Source of the DNA: a virus
DNA length: 64,000 bases
Direction: 5' to 3' (one strand)
Virus record (IMG/VR): IMGVR_UViG_3300037010_001275
Location: 30,985-94,984 of that record
Of the stretch, positions 30,539-40,591 are shown piece by piece. Each line of letters begins with the position of its first letter. Position 1 is the stretch's first letter. A program made the position numbers and the translations under genes. The notes under the pieces are model-generated. The model made no database searches and was not told the origin of the DNA. It saw only the letters and a list, made by a program, of their open reading frames with translations.

Positions 30539-31030
30539 CTATGTGGTTGTGAGACGCAGGGTCGTCAAGCAACTGTCGTTGCGGACGAAGCCCATGCCTC
30601 GGATGTTGGTCAGAAGAATCTCGGAGAGCGGCCTTTTGTGGATGTCTACGAGACCGGAGGTCCCGAGGCGGTAGCCAGCATCGTATGCCTCGTCCGTGAG
30701 TTCCAGAAGCCCAAAAATACTTGGATCCTTCGACTGGAACCTCTCGAGCAGCGGGATCGCCACGAACTCGCCCTTCGGGATGACGTGCCTGTTGAGGATG
30801 GTCCGCATCAGACTCTTCGAGAACGAGACGTGCAAATCCATCTCACGCTGAGTGTGGACCTCAGTCTTCCATTCGAGGAAGTTGCCACGGAAGAGACGAT
30901 CCTTCATCTGATAATCAAGATCTACGACAAGTGCAATATCGTTTGTCGTGAAGATGCGTTCATCCAGGTCAAGCGTCAGGGTCTCCCGCTGAAAGAGGTC
31001 AAACACCTCCGGGTAACTGAAAATTCTCAT
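30539..31030 (-). CDS. Hypothetical protein
   Basis: ORF with AGGA RBS in operon. Confidence 0.6.
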   Translation of the reverse strand: MRIFSYPEVFDLFQRETLTLDLDERIFTTNDIALVVDLDYQMKDRLFRGNFLEWKTEVHTQREMDLHVSFSKSLMRTILNRHVIPKGEFVAIPLLERFQSKDPSIFGLLELTDEAYDAGYRLGTSGLVDIHKRPLSEILLTNIRGMGFVRNDSCLTTLRLTTT

Positions 31031-31060
31031 TGTGCTTTCCTTTTTCTTTTATTCTTTATG

Positions 31061-31774
31061 TCACGCCTCCAGCACCTTCTCTCTAAAATAGGCATTGAAT
31101 GGCGTATAAACCTTATCATTCACCTGAACGAAATCGAACCCCTCTCGGCGAGTGGCTTCAGCCTTCAGCTTCTCGAGTCTCTCGTCGCGTTTCTGGTAGT
31201 GCTCATTACCGCCCTTGATCTCGATGATCAGGTTCAGCGACGGGATGAAGAAGTCTGGAAGGTAAAACCTTGTCTTATCGCCGTCTTTATAGTAGATTGT
31301 TGGCGGCTCGGCAATGTATTCTCTCTTGAAGTGGTACACAGTCTCGAGGAAGTGGAGAAAGTGCGCCTCGTAGTTTCCCGTGACCGGAGTCTCAGACCCG
31401 TCCAGCCACTTGTAGGTCTGCGTGATGGAGCGCGAAGCCAGCATTTTCTTCTGATGCTCCGGCTCGTCTGTGATGTATACCTTACCGTACTTTTTCAACA
31501 TCCGCGCCTTGAACTCCTCGCGGTACTGTTGTTTCTCGGTCTCCCCTGTGAACCGTTCGTAACGCTCAGTGACGGGGTTCCAGGCGGTCGGCTTACCGGA
31601 GATGACAGATCGTCCTTGCGTCTTGCCGTACTTGACGAAGAACCAGAACCGGGCCGGATCATCCCAACCGAGGTTCTCCATCTCACCCTTCTTGGTCTCA
31701 GCGATGTAGGCGTAGAGGGCTTGTTTCGACAGGAAAGTTTTCCCCTCATACTTGAATATCTTTTTCGCTGCCAT
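31061..31774 (-). CDS. PD-(D/E)XK (TnsA-like) endonuclease-domain protein
   Basis: FYLPDFFIPSLNLIIEIKG motif; late promoter at 31826-31837. Confidence 0.75.
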   Translation of the reverse strand: MAAKKIFKYEGKTFLSKQALYAYIAETKKGEMENLGWDDPARFWFFVKYGKTQGRSVISGKPTAWNPVTERYERFTGETEKQQYREEFKARMLKKYGKVYITDEPEHQKKMLASRSITQTYKWLDGSETPVTGNYEAHFLHFLETVYHFKREYIAEPPTIYYKDGDKTRFYLPDFFIPSLNLIIEIKGGNEHYQKRDERLEKLKAEATRREGFDFVQVNDKVYTPFNAYFREKVLEA

Positions 31775-31921
31775 AACTTTTCCTATGATTAACGATCATG
31801 ACGTTAGCACCGAGATCTTCCATACTACTATTTTGTTACATAATGTAATTGGAAAACATAAGAATAATTCTAAGGATTTTGATGATAGATCCTTCCAACA
31901 GTTTCCAATCGAGGTTTCATC

Positions 31922-32371
31922 ATGATTACAGTATTGCTCAAGAACTGGAAGCTTGGCTTCTTCACGGTGCTCATACTTCTCGTGGCATTCTTTGCTTACC
32001 AATGGAAGTCTGCCAAGGCTGAGATTGCCGAACAAGCAGTCGTTCTCAACCGAAAGATATCGACCCTAGAAGAGACGCTGGCCCACAACCAAGACCAACT
32101 CAAGAAGGCTGAAGAAATCAATGAAGAATATGAGCGGAACGCCGAAGCTCAGAAAGTAATCGAAAAAGCTAACACTGAGGCCAAAGACCGACTCAGTGTG
32201 AAGACTGGAAAGGTCGACCGTACCAAGGCAGAGCTCACACAGGAGTCCTATTCTCAGATCCCCGAGAATCGGGTACTCTCCGCCGAGAGCGTGAACATTA
32301 TGATCAAGCTCATAGAGACAGTCGATCCTCTGCTGCCCGTCGAATCTAATTCTAACGTCTCACAGGGATAA
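31922..32371 (+). CDS. i-spanin (Rz-like)
   Basis: Single N-terminal TM helix followed by coiled coil; immediately upstream of a lipoprotein. Confidence 0.7.
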   Translation: MITVLLKNWKLGFFTVLILLVAFFAYQWKSAKAEIAEQAVVLNRKISTLEETLAHNQDQLKKAEEINEEYERNAEAQKVIEKANTEAKDRLSVKTGKVDRTKAELTQESYSQIPENRVLSAESVNIMIKLIETVDPLLPVESNSNVSQG

Positions 32372-32375
32372 GACC

Positions 32376-32717
32376 ATGAAAAAACTTATTATCATCATTA
32401 CGGTGGCCCTTTCCCTCGTCGGCTGCGCCACAAACGGTGGAACCACTGTCGAGCGTGTTGACGTTAACATGACATCACGCAAGTTGCAGTTTGTCGAGTT
32501 GGATGAGGATATTCTCGCTGCCTGCAAGCAACCGCGCCCAATGGCCGAGCGTTTGCCTAGCCGCACTACCGGAAAGATCAAGGAGTCTGAGGTCGTGGCC
32601 GCTCTCGTGGAATCCTACACGAACGAAGTAAACTGCTTCCTCGCGACAAGGGAGCTGTTCCGTCTGCAACGCGATGTTAAGTCCAAGCTTGAGAGTTCCT
32701 CCAATGACAACAAGTAA
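32376..32717 (+). CDS. o-spanin (Rz1-like lipoprotein)
   Basis: MKK, hydrophobic stretch, lipobox LVGC; two further Cys. Confidence 0.7.
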   Translation: MKKLIIIITVALSLVGCATNGGTTVERVDVNMTSRKLQFVELDEDILAACKQPRPMAERLPSRTTGKIKESEVVAALVESYTNEVNCFLATRELFRLQRDVKSKLESSSNDNK

Positions 32718-35700
32718 CGATCTGGTCGTACTGGCTCGGCGGGATGTCGCCGAGCTAATCGAGCACTGCCGGAAGATTGTCGTAAAGGACCAAGATTTAG
32801 CGGATTCGCTCGAAACATCTGAGAGTATGATCGAAGCGTCAAGATACCTCGAGGTTTACTATAAGATCGATAAGTACCCATACCACGAAATCATCAAGAT
32901 GGCGATCCTCGAGAAAGTCATCGGACTAGACCGTGCCGAGGATACCGTACTAGCTGCAGATGTTCGTACGTCCATCGAGGCGATGACGGACATCACAAAC
33001 CAGCAAAGGGCTGAGGCCCTTATGATCCTCGATCGGCTGACTATGCCGTCTGGCGGAATCACGGCGAGCATTGTGGATAACGACATCGATGCAATCCGCG
33101 AGTATTACATGAATCAATACACGGACAAGAACCCGTATTACTACGACCTCCAGGTAAACAACGCGATACCGCCTTGGAAGAGCCGCTTGGCTGAAGACTT
33201 CGAGATTCTCAAAGAGCCGAACACCAGTGGCAGCTCGCTACTCAGCTCGTTTTCCTCAACGTACTCGAAGATCCGCCGTTACTTCATGACTGTCATGTAC
33301 ACCAAGGCATACTCAAAGGACATGGTTGGCAAGACGGCGTCAGGTGAACCAATTAACTATTATAAGGCTTACTGCCGCCTCATGGTATGCACGATGACGA
33401 TCGTTGAGCTGATGAATAACAAACTTGAGTTCCCGCTTGACATTGGCTACATCGACGAGTACTCTGTTGATCAGCTGCTCTTCTCCTTTGGATTCACGGA
33501 ATTTAAAAAGTTTCCGATGTATTACAAGAAAAGCATCGCCTTGAAGATTAACACGCTTATCAGACATCGTGGAACCGATAACGTGTTCGTCGACATCCTT
33601 AAGATATTTGACTTTGATGGTATCAACATCATTAAATTCTATCTGACGAAGTACAGGTCCGGTAATGAAACCAAGCAGCTTGATGACATTGAGATCGAGC
33701 CTCGCTTCCTCGGCCATAGTGTTAAGACTGAAGGTCTGCAGCAGGCCATGAAGAACGGTACATACCGTGAGTATTCATTTGATGCCATGACTCAAGATGA
33801 CCAGTACTGGATCGCCACAAAAGATGAGGTGTCTGCGGAGGAGTTCGATTTCCTTCCGTCGAAGTATTTCTCGATCGAGGGAGACTTCCGCATGTGGCGT
33901 GATGTGATGAACCTTGCATACTTCGTCAGTCTGATCCGGAAGCTCAAGAAGGACCATGCTTTCCGTACGCATTTGTCGCTACACGCGTCGGAGATCTCTC
34001 AGAACGAGTTGTTCATCGATGAGTTGATCCTTGCAGCGCAGATCTTGCTGATCGACTTCTACAATGTCGAGGACCTGATTCAGTTCGAGCATGAGTCCAT
34101 CCAGAAGATCTACTCGTTCGACGATAAGGATGACTCGAGTCTGAACATTGACGTCTTTGGCACTGATGCGCTGATACCGAACTCCTATGTGAATGAAAAC
34201 TATGTCCTCGAACGTGTTGACTCGTATGACTCCATTCAGGACAAGGAGCTTGAGAAGATCTTCATCAAGGATTTGAAAGTTCTCGACAACTTTCTTGCAT
34301 ATCAGGATAAGACCTCCTCTGATGGCGACCAGCTCATGACTTATGCGCAGTACAAAAAGTATAAGACATTGTATCAGACGAAGTTCCTCGCCGATTATAA
34401 CCTATCGGAATATCATGGCTTCTCAACCTACACGGAGTATCTGCAATTCAATGGAAATCCTGATCTCTACAAGTATGTCGCTGAGGCAAAGGAATCCACT
34501 GATCAAGACTTGAAGCACGCCAAGATTACGTACTTACTCTCGGCGCTGAAGGAGTACTCATACTTCCTTGACATCTCGTTTAACCGGATGGTGTCAGATC
34601 TGATCGTTGAATACATCACGACGACGATCAACGTCTTTAAATCGTACACTGTCTCGATGAAGGATTTCAAAATCCTCTACAAGTGGAACGAGAAGAATTT
34701 CTTTGAGATGTACGATAGTGACAATAAGCACGGCTATTTCGTGTGGGACTGGAAGGTTCGATTCAAGGACTTCAAAAACAAGATTCACCCCGGTCTCGGG
34801 ACTGTGACCAACAACTCCTACACCCAGTCACCGCCGAGGGATATGAACCTTGCAGATAGCCAGCGGTTTCATGACTGGTTCTATCTGAGCGACCGAATGA
34901 CTGTGTTTCGCGACAGAGAGACATTTCATGGTTGGTTCTTCAAGAAGGATAAAGTCAAGTACTTCGATGAGAGCGTGTTTCACGGTTTCTTCAAGAGCTC
35001 TGGGGTGATGGCCTTCGGTGACAGCCTGACCAACAAGCACGTGTATGGATATACACTCCGCAATCGCCGGATGCACTATGCAGATCGGATCGACTACGAC
35101 ACAGCGCCGGGAGTAGATTACTGGTACTTAGATAAGAACATGCGGTTCTACCGCGAGTTTGTGATAACTTGGTCCAAGTATCGCCTTACCGATTTACTTG
35201 CCTTCGGCGACAGCCTAGGAAATCGTACGTCCATTCATCTTAGTGATTCTATGATAAGATTCATGGAAACACAAAGGAAATCTGCTGGATTCTTCAAGAT
35301 TGACTCGAGAAAGTATCGCGAGTTTGTGCTTACAGAAGCACAGTGGACAAAGGCCGACGTCTCTACGCTGAATGATCTTACCGGATTCTCAGTCGTGATT
35401 CCCAGTGGCATCTCTGACTCAGCAATGCTCTTAGATCGTTTTGGCGACGAGCAAGTCCGGTGGAAAGATAAAGATGCCAATCTGTATCTTGTCGATAAGT
35501 ACTACTTGTACATGAAAAGAGTTGAGCTCCCAATGATTGATCGTCACATGATAAACGATTGGGCGTATCTGTCAACAAATAAGTACACTCTTCATGATCA
35601 GCGTAAGTTCCTTACCGACCGAATCTTTCCGGGTAAAGCTTCAGCAGTACTCTTCAACAGGGCGGCTTTCGCACCAGACCGTCTTGGGCTGTATGAGTCC

Positions 35701-35988
35701 AACTGGTTTAAAGACCAGTATACACTAGTCGATCAAACTAGCTGGAAGGTCTCTCAGACCTCGAAGCTGGACCGACGCAATTTTGCTGACCGTGGTGTCA
35801 TCAGCAGTCAGCGTATCTTGGCGATCAGGAACGACAAATTCAAGTTCATGGATGGAGAGAAAGTCTTCGTAGATGCATTGATCATCGATATCGTAAGCGC
35901 TCAGGATCTTTCTGATTTCAAAGCTTCTGCCACTGACTCTGATCATTTTGTCATCATGGACCGCTTCGAGATTGTAGTGCACGAGTAA
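32704..35988 (+). CDS. Large baseplate/tail structural protein with degenerate C-terminal repeats
   Basis: LLFSFGF...INTLIRHRGTD resembles a baseplate wedge; 18-19 aa repeats FHDWFY/FHGWFF/FHGFFK. Confidence 0.6.
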   Translation: MTTSNDLVVLARRDVAELIEHCRKIVVKDQDLADSLETSESMIEASRYLEVYYKIDKYPYHEIIKMAILEKVIGLDRAEDTVLAADVRTSIEAMTDITNQQRAEALMILDRLTMPSGGITASIVDNDIDAIREYYMNQYTDKNPYYYDLQVNNAIPPWKSRLAEDFEILKEPNTSGSSLLSSFSSTYSKIRRYFMTVMYTKAYSKDMVGKTASGEPINYYKAYCRLMVCTMTIVELMNNKLEFPLDIGYIDEYSVDQLLFSFGFTEFKKFPMYYKKSIALKINTLIRHRGTDNVFVDILKIFDFDGINIIKFYLTKYRSGNETKQLDDIEIEPRFLGHSVKTEGLQQAMKNGTYREYSFDAMTQDDQYWIATKDEVSAEEFDFLPSKYFSIEGDFRMWRDVMNLAYFVSLIRKLKKDHAFRTHLSLHASEISQNELFIDELILAAQILLIDFYNVEDLIQFEHESIQKIYSFDDKDDSSLNIDVFGTDALIPNSYVNENYVLERVDSYDSIQDKELEKIFIKDLKVLDNFLAYQDKTSSDGDQLMTYAQYKKYKTLYQTKFLADYNLSEYHGFSTYTEYLQFNGNPDLYKYVAEAKESTDQDLKHAKITYLLSALKEYSYFLDISFNRMVSDLIVEYITTTINVFKSYTVSMKDFKILYKWNEKNFFEMYDSDNKHGYFVWDWKVRFKDFKNKIHPGLGTVTNNSYTQSPPRDMNLADSQRFHDWFYLSDRMTVFRDRETFHGWFFKKDKVKYFDESVFHGFFKSSGVMAFGDSLTNKHVYGYTLRNRRMHYADRIDYDTAPGVDYWYLDKNMRFYREFVITWSKYRLTDLLAFGDSLGNRTSIHLSDSMIRFMETQRKSAGFFKIDSRKYREFVLTEAQWTKADVSTLNDLTGFSVVIPSGISDSAMLLDRFGDEQVRWKDKDANLYLVDKYYLYMKRVELPMIDRHMINDWAYLSTNKYTLHDQRKFLTDRIFPGKASAVLFNRAAFAPDRLGLYESNWFKDQYTLVDQTSWKVSQTSKLDRRNFADRGVISSQRILAIRNDKFKFMDGEKVFVDALIIDIVSAQDLSDFKASATDSDHFVIMDRFEIVVHE

Positions 35989-36031
35989 CACAAGTTTAGT
36001 CATTTCCTAATCAGTTTCAGGAACCAGAACC

Positions 36032-36748
36032 ATGAATGATATCAAAGAATTGAGCTTCGAAGAACAGCTTCTCTTCAAGGACAATAAGGTCGACGGTCGC
36101 AAGCAATCTCAATTGGGAGGCTTTGTCGTCGTTAAGGATGCCGACTCTGGCAAGATCCTGCTGGCCAAAAAGAACCTTGTGGTCCGTCGTGGCCGCGAGA
36201 TGACCCTCCGTCAGATCTTTCGTATCCCCGGCTCCATCACCGACGAGACCGAGTCCACACTGAAGGATAAGAGCATCCTGCTGTTTGGTATTGGTTCCGG
36301 TGGTGCCCCCAACAACGATCCGTTTAATCCATTCGCACCGACCCCCTCCGATACCGATCTAAACGCTGCAATGCCATTCCGTATTACGACCTCCGCTGCT
36401 CCGATGCCGCCCAGCGACGTTCCCCTGTACACCGATGGCCGTACTTCTACTGGTGGTGCTACCGAGTGGTTCAAGAAGACTTTCAGCAACGGCCACGGCG
36501 AGATCACGATCGACCCGGCTACTGACGAGACTTTCGTCAAGCTACAGCTGCAGATCACCAAGGACGATGCTCGTGATCGTTTCGTGAATGAGCTAGCTCT
36601 GTATTGGGCTAGGTTTAACAGTTCAGCGACGGACATGAATGTCAAATACACCGAGTACACGATGTTCTCCCGCATCACATTCTTGACGGAGCCGCTGCCG
36701 AGCAATACCAATAAAGCGTTAGACATAGATTATTATGTTTACTTATAA
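36032..36748 (+). CDS. Baseplate/tail fibre-associated structural protein
   Basis: KNLVV..GR, FGIGSGG, NELALY and MFSRITF motifs typical of tail-collar-type proteins; late promoter at 35987-35998. Confidence 0.6.
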   Translation: MNDIKELSFEEQLLFKDNKVDGRKQSQLGGFVVVKDADSGKILLAKKNLVVRRGREMTLRQIFRIPGSITDETESTLKDKSILLFGIGSGGAPNNDPFNPFAPTPSDTDLNAAMPFRITTSAAPMPPSDVPLYTDGRTSTGGATEWFKKTFSNGHGEITIDPATDETFVKLQLQITKDDARDRFVNELALYWARFNSSATDMNVKYTEYTMFSRITFLTEPLPSNTNKALDIDYYVYL

Positions 36749-36817
36749 CTGCATTGCATCGGTAAAAGAGGATCCTTCTGCCTTCGGGTAGAGGAGTTTT
36801 CAAGCCACGGAGGAAAT

Positions 36818-37003
36818 ATGATTACCGTTAATGAAATCGTCGCCAGTCTTCTTTCGGAAGATCCCACTGATCCGAAGCGCCGGGAATTGGAAAAGGGCCT
36901 GACCTATAAGGAGGCCATGAAGCAATTCCCTTACAGTCCGAAGATGGGGGATTGCCGTGGTTTTAGCTATGATCCTGACACCGGGATCGCTACCTGGATG
37001 TAA
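36818..37003 (+). CDS. Small protein with ...LLSE leader
   Basis: Strong GGAGG RBS; MITVNEIVASLLSE. Confidence 0.6.
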   Translation: MITVNEIVASLLSEDPTDPKRRELEKGLTYKEAMKQFPYSPKMGDCRGFSYDPDTGIATWM

Positions 37004-37081
37004 CAAAAAAAAAATTAGGAGAATGCTGCGCAGCATTCTCCTAATTTTACATCCCTTGGAGATACGACTCATGGTAGCATC

Positions 37082-37435
37082 TCAAAAATAGTAACTAAAA
37101 ATTTTTGTACATTTTATGCGATCCCACTCCCCTAGGAGAAAGGACTTTTCAAAGCCGTTGCCGTTAATGCAGGCGCTGGTGACGTATAGATCACTATCAG
37201 TGATCCTGCTCTCGTACAATTCCTGGTTGTATTTAGCAATTGCTAGGGAGTCGGGATTACCCACCGGCTTCACGAGAAATGCTGTGAAGGACTCGTTTTC
37301 ACGCATCCTCAGCACGTTGCACAGTACGAGCTTACTCCTGTATTGACCAAAGTCGGCCCTGTTGCCGAACTGGACAAGAGCTAGTCCGCCATCTCTTATA
37401 TGATCAGCGGTTTGAGTTTTGACTTGGTTGGTCAT
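37082..37435 (-). CDS. Hypothetical early protein
   Basis: AAGGAG RBS; early promoter at 37548-37574; terminator at about 37005-37048. Confidence 0.65.
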   Translation of the reverse strand: MTNQVKTQTADHIRDGGLALVQFGNRADFGQYRSKLVLCNVLRMRENESFTAFLVKPVGNPDSLAIAKYNQELYESRITDSDLYVTSACINGNGFEKSFLLGEWDRIKCTKIFSYYF

Positions 37436-37547
37436 TTCATTCTCCTTAAGAAAGGTTGATTGTCCAGTAACGCCGACCAAGGCGATCACTGGAAGAAGTT
37501 TATGCAAATAGGGTTCCGGTATTAACGCCTATTCATCTACAAAAATA

Positions 37548-37574
37548 ATATACTTCCGAAGCCCTCTTAGATAC
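37548..37574 (-). promoter_or_regulatory. Early-type promoter GTATCT-N15-GTATAT
   Basis: Exact motif match. Confidence 0.7.
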
Positions 37575-37616
37575 AGTAAGCTTAAGCTCATTTTCTTCCT
37601 ACAATCATTGGAACAT

Positions 37617-37651
37617 AAAAAAAAAGAAGAGTTACCGAAAGGCAACTCTTC
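37617..37651 (-). terminator. Intrinsic terminator
   Basis: GAAGAGTTGCC-TTTC-GGTAACTCTTC followed by a T run. Confidence 0.85.
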
Positions 37652-37915
37652 ACTGTTTTGCTGCGACCTCACCCCCACCAATCATTTCAGATGGGTTCCT
37701 TCTCTGCCCCAGGCCAGTGGGGTTTGTAGATCTCTCTATCCGCTGGTTCGGAATACCTCTTCTGTTACCTTCTTACTACGTGTTCAGGGGATCTACTCTG
37801 AAGGCATAGCCTAGAGTACCAGTTATATTAGCACTGAGTTACTATACTATAGGCTAGACTTGCGCCTAGTTATAGAAGAGAACCTAGACGACGTCACTGC
37901 TATCGCTTCGGTTCA
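37620..37915 (-). ncRNA. Candidate structured non-coding RNA (about 290 nt)
   Basis: Own promoter and terminator, no credible sense ORF, nested long-range helices. Confidence 0.6.
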
Positions 37916-37923
37916 TGAAAATA

Positions 37924-37950
37924 ATATACCCATAAAGAGTGGGCAGATAC
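37924..37950 (-). promoter_or_regulatory. Early-type promoter GTATCT-N15-GTATAT
   Basis: Exact motif match. Confidence 0.7.
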
Positions 37951-38198
37951 GGTTTTCGCTCGAGCATAGGAAAAGAAAGAAGCCCCCATCTAGTAGCAGT
38001 GGGATCTTTCGATCATTGCTCTACCTATGAGTAGTCAATACTTGTGTTATCTGATACAGAGATACGTTCGTCACAGCCAAGGTGAGGAAGTTTTAGCGCG
38101 TAAAAGAAAAGAAAGGCACACCAAAGATGCTTTCTCCAATAAGGTAACGCAGATTGAACATTTTTCTAGTTAATTTCACACAAGAAAGAGATTGTGCC

Positions 38199-39479
38199 AT
38201 GCTTTTTTCAGAGAATCAATGGACAACTGACAACCTACTTAGAGGTCTGCTCAACGAGGGCACGGGCAGCTCTGATCACCCGATGGCCAAAGCTATCATC
38301 GCAAGCCCTCTAAAGCAAGCCTTCCAAACGATCAGTCTCGTCGAGGCTGGTAAGCGTGCGACCGGGACACAGGGCAACATGAACTTCGCCCGCTTCATTC
38401 TTGGCAACGGGAAGGAGTTCGAGTTCGTCGAGTTTCTTTCTAAGGACCCATCCTTCAAGACGGTTGATGGCGTCGTCATGTACAAGGACCACGTTCCGGA
38501 ACGCACTGCGTACCTGAAGTCTCCAGCTCCGACCGACAAGTTCCTCGCTAGTTTATACGAGCAGAGCCACCCGGAGATTTCACTTCGGGAGAGCGGCATG
38601 AACACGCTGATGATGGTGACATCGATCCTGACGTCGCTGTTTGGCCTGATGTTCATGGGTAAGTGGATTTGGCAGAACTTCGTCTCTAGTCGCGACGAGG
38701 ACCACGCCAAGGTCACGGCGGAGCAACGCCTCAACGAGTTCCTCTTCCAGGGCCAAAAGAAGGACGAGGCGGTTTTCGACATCTATAAGACGACGGTCGG
38801 CTACATCCGCAACCTCATCGACGGCAAAGGCCGGGGTGTTGTACTATATGGCATGCCCGGAACTTCTAAGACGTATATCGTGCGTCGCACGTTGTATTTC
38901 GCGAACCTCACCCCTGACAAGGATTATGTCATCGTCAAGGGCTCGAGCGCTAGTGCCGAGCAGAACATCAAGATCATCTACTCAACGCTCTACAAGTACA
39001 ATGACAAAATCATCGTCTTTGACGACTTCGACAGTGCCCTTGAAGACCAAAATGTCATCAATCTGTTGAAGGCAGCACTCGATTCCTACCCGGTTCGCAT
39101 CGTCTCAATGCCCGACTTGTCGCAGTTTAGCATGAAAGACGAGCCCCTTCCTTCTCGCTTTGAGTTCACCGGGAAGATCATCATCATCACTAACAAAATG
39201 AACATCGACACAGCGATTCTGTCCCGCGTCCAGAGCGTGAAGGTCACGTTCACGCCGGAGCAGTTCAAGGACAGCATTGGCAAGATGTTGAAGTTCATCA
39301 ACCCAGAGGTCCCCCAAGAAATTAAGAAGGAAGTCTTTGACTACTTCACAGACTGCCTCGCAAAAGACCCGAATCTTACAATCGACTTCCGTCGATTCTC
39401 CGCTATGGTTGATATCCGCATGGCCTACCCTGACACTTGGAAGGATCAATGCCTTGGCATCCTCTACCCAAAAAATTAA
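38199..39479 (+). CDS. Membrane-anchored AAA+ ATPase
   Basis: TM segment LMMVTSILTSLFGLMFMGKWIW; Walker A variant GMPGTSKT, Walker B IIVFDDFD, sensor IIITN, AILSR; late promoter at 38157-38168. Confidence 0.8.
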   Translation: MLFSENQWTTDNLLRGLLNEGTGSSDHPMAKAIIASPLKQAFQTISLVEAGKRATGTQGNMNFARFILGNGKEFEFVEFLSKDPSFKTVDGVVMYKDHVPERTAYLKSPAPTDKFLASLYEQSHPEISLRESGMNTLMMVTSILTSLFGLMFMGKWIWQNFVSSRDEDHAKVTAEQRLNEFLFQGQKKDEAVFDIYKTTVGYIRNLIDGKGRGVVLYGMPGTSKTYIVRRTLYFANLTPDKDYVIVKGSSASAEQNIKIIYSTLYKYNDKIIVFDDFDSALEDQNVINLLKAALDSYPVRIVSMPDLSQFSMKDEPLPSRFEFTGKIIIITNKMNIDTAILSRVQSVKVTFTPEQFKDSIGKMLKFINPEVPQEIKKEVFDYFTDCLAKDPNLTIDFRRFSAMVDIRMAYPDTWKDQCLGILYPKN

Positions 39480-39495
39480 CCCTGAAGGAAATATC

Positions 39496-39840
39496 ATGAA
39501 AAAAATCAGCGATATCGTTAACTCGACAAACTTCGAACACGTAGGGTATTCTTTACTCTTCGCATCTGTCCTCGCCGCAGTGCTATGGCTCATCACTGGA
39601 GATCTAAAGACCTCGATTGCCGTAGGTTGTGGTTTCGGCGCAGGATTCTTCGTTGGACGTGAGCACGATCAAGCGGAGGACCGCTGGGTCAAGAAGTTTG
39701 GAGAGGGGAAGAGCTCCAATATGCCTTGGTGGGGCGGCCTCGATCTCCGTGTCTGGGATGAGATTGACCCCTGGATGGACTGGGTTCTGCCTGCCATCGT
39801 CATGTCCGTTGTGTTCTGGCTCAGCCAAACTTACCTGTAA
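39496..39840 (+). CDS. Small membrane protein
   Basis: Two to three hydrophobic segments; AAGGA RBS. Confidence 0.7.
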   Translation: MKKISDIVNSTNFEHVGYSLLFASVLAAVLWLITGDLKTSIAVGCGFGAGFFVGREHDQAEDRWVKKFGEGKSSNMPWWGGLDLRVWDEIDPWMDWVLPAIVMSVVFWLSQTYL

Positions 39841-39929
39841 AAAGTCTATGTTCCACTCATAGCGAGCATGGATTTTCAGAAAAAAAAAAGATCCATGTCC
39901 CCTTACGGACATGGATCTTTTAGCACGCT

Positions 39930-40520
39930 TCATTCACCACTGGAGATCATCCGCTCGAGAGCAATGATTCGTGGAGCGTGAAGCGTGTTGAAGTTCTCTT
40001 TAAGAAACGCCTCAATCTCCTCTCTGGAGCGATAGATTCCTTCGCGTATTACAAAGTCAGCCATGGCAGTAGGGATCTTTAGCATTGCGGACAACACATG
40101 TGCCGCTCCGATTTTGCGAGCAGCATATTTGTCGGCTTCTAGTTCTTGTGCCATATCAAGATGAACCTTTGGTTTATCCAAAGTATCCATGTCTTTTTCG
40201 TTGAGGGCGAAAGCTGCATCGACGTGCCCTAGGACAATGTGACCCTCTTCGTGGGCTATAACCGAAGCAATCTCTTCTTCAGAGAAGATATCTCTGGAAA
40301 AGATGTCGGTGTAAATACCGATCACATACCCATTAGGGATGGAATCGAGATTTACACTGGAGCAGATTCGGGCGCTGGCTGCCCGAATCTTATCGTTCAT
40401 GATGGAGACATATGCGCCCCCACTCTGAAGAGAGATGTGCACGGCATCGCTTCTTTCAATTTTGTATTTGTCGACCAACATGTCGACCGATATAAAATTG
40501 ATAGTAATCATGGGAATCAT
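39930..40520 (-). CDS. Zn metallopeptidase (M48-like)
   Basis: VIAHEEGHIVLGH and ELEADKYA; early promoter at 40565-40591. Confidence 0.75.
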   Translation of the reverse strand: MIPMITINFISVDMLVDKYKIERSDAVHISLQSGGAYVSIMNDKIRAASARICSSVNLDSIPNGYVIGIYTDIFSRDIFSEEEIASVIAHEEGHIVLGHVDAAFALNEKDMDTLDKPKVHLDMAQELEADKYAARKIGAAHVLSAMLKIPTAMADFVIREGIYRSREEIEAFLKENFNTLHAPRIIALERMISSGE

Positions 40521-40564
40521 TTAAACTCCTTTAAAGTTGGTTGAAAGATTCTATCAAGATAATG

Positions 40565-40591
40565 ATATACGCCTAATGCCCCCTCAGATAC
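40565..40591 (-). promoter_or_regulatory. Early-type promoter GTATCT-N15-GTATAT
   Basis: Exact motif match. Confidence 0.7.

Noticed and set aside
30131-31792. 553-aa plus-strand ORF (and similar long antisense ORFs such as 11947-12588 and 15351-16070)
   Set aside because: Shadow frames opposite genes that have RBS, motifs or operon context.
37608-37814. 68-aa plus-strand ORF over the ncRNA candidate
   Set aside because: TTG start without RBS, runs through an A tract and terminator, and is opposite to the promoter orientation.
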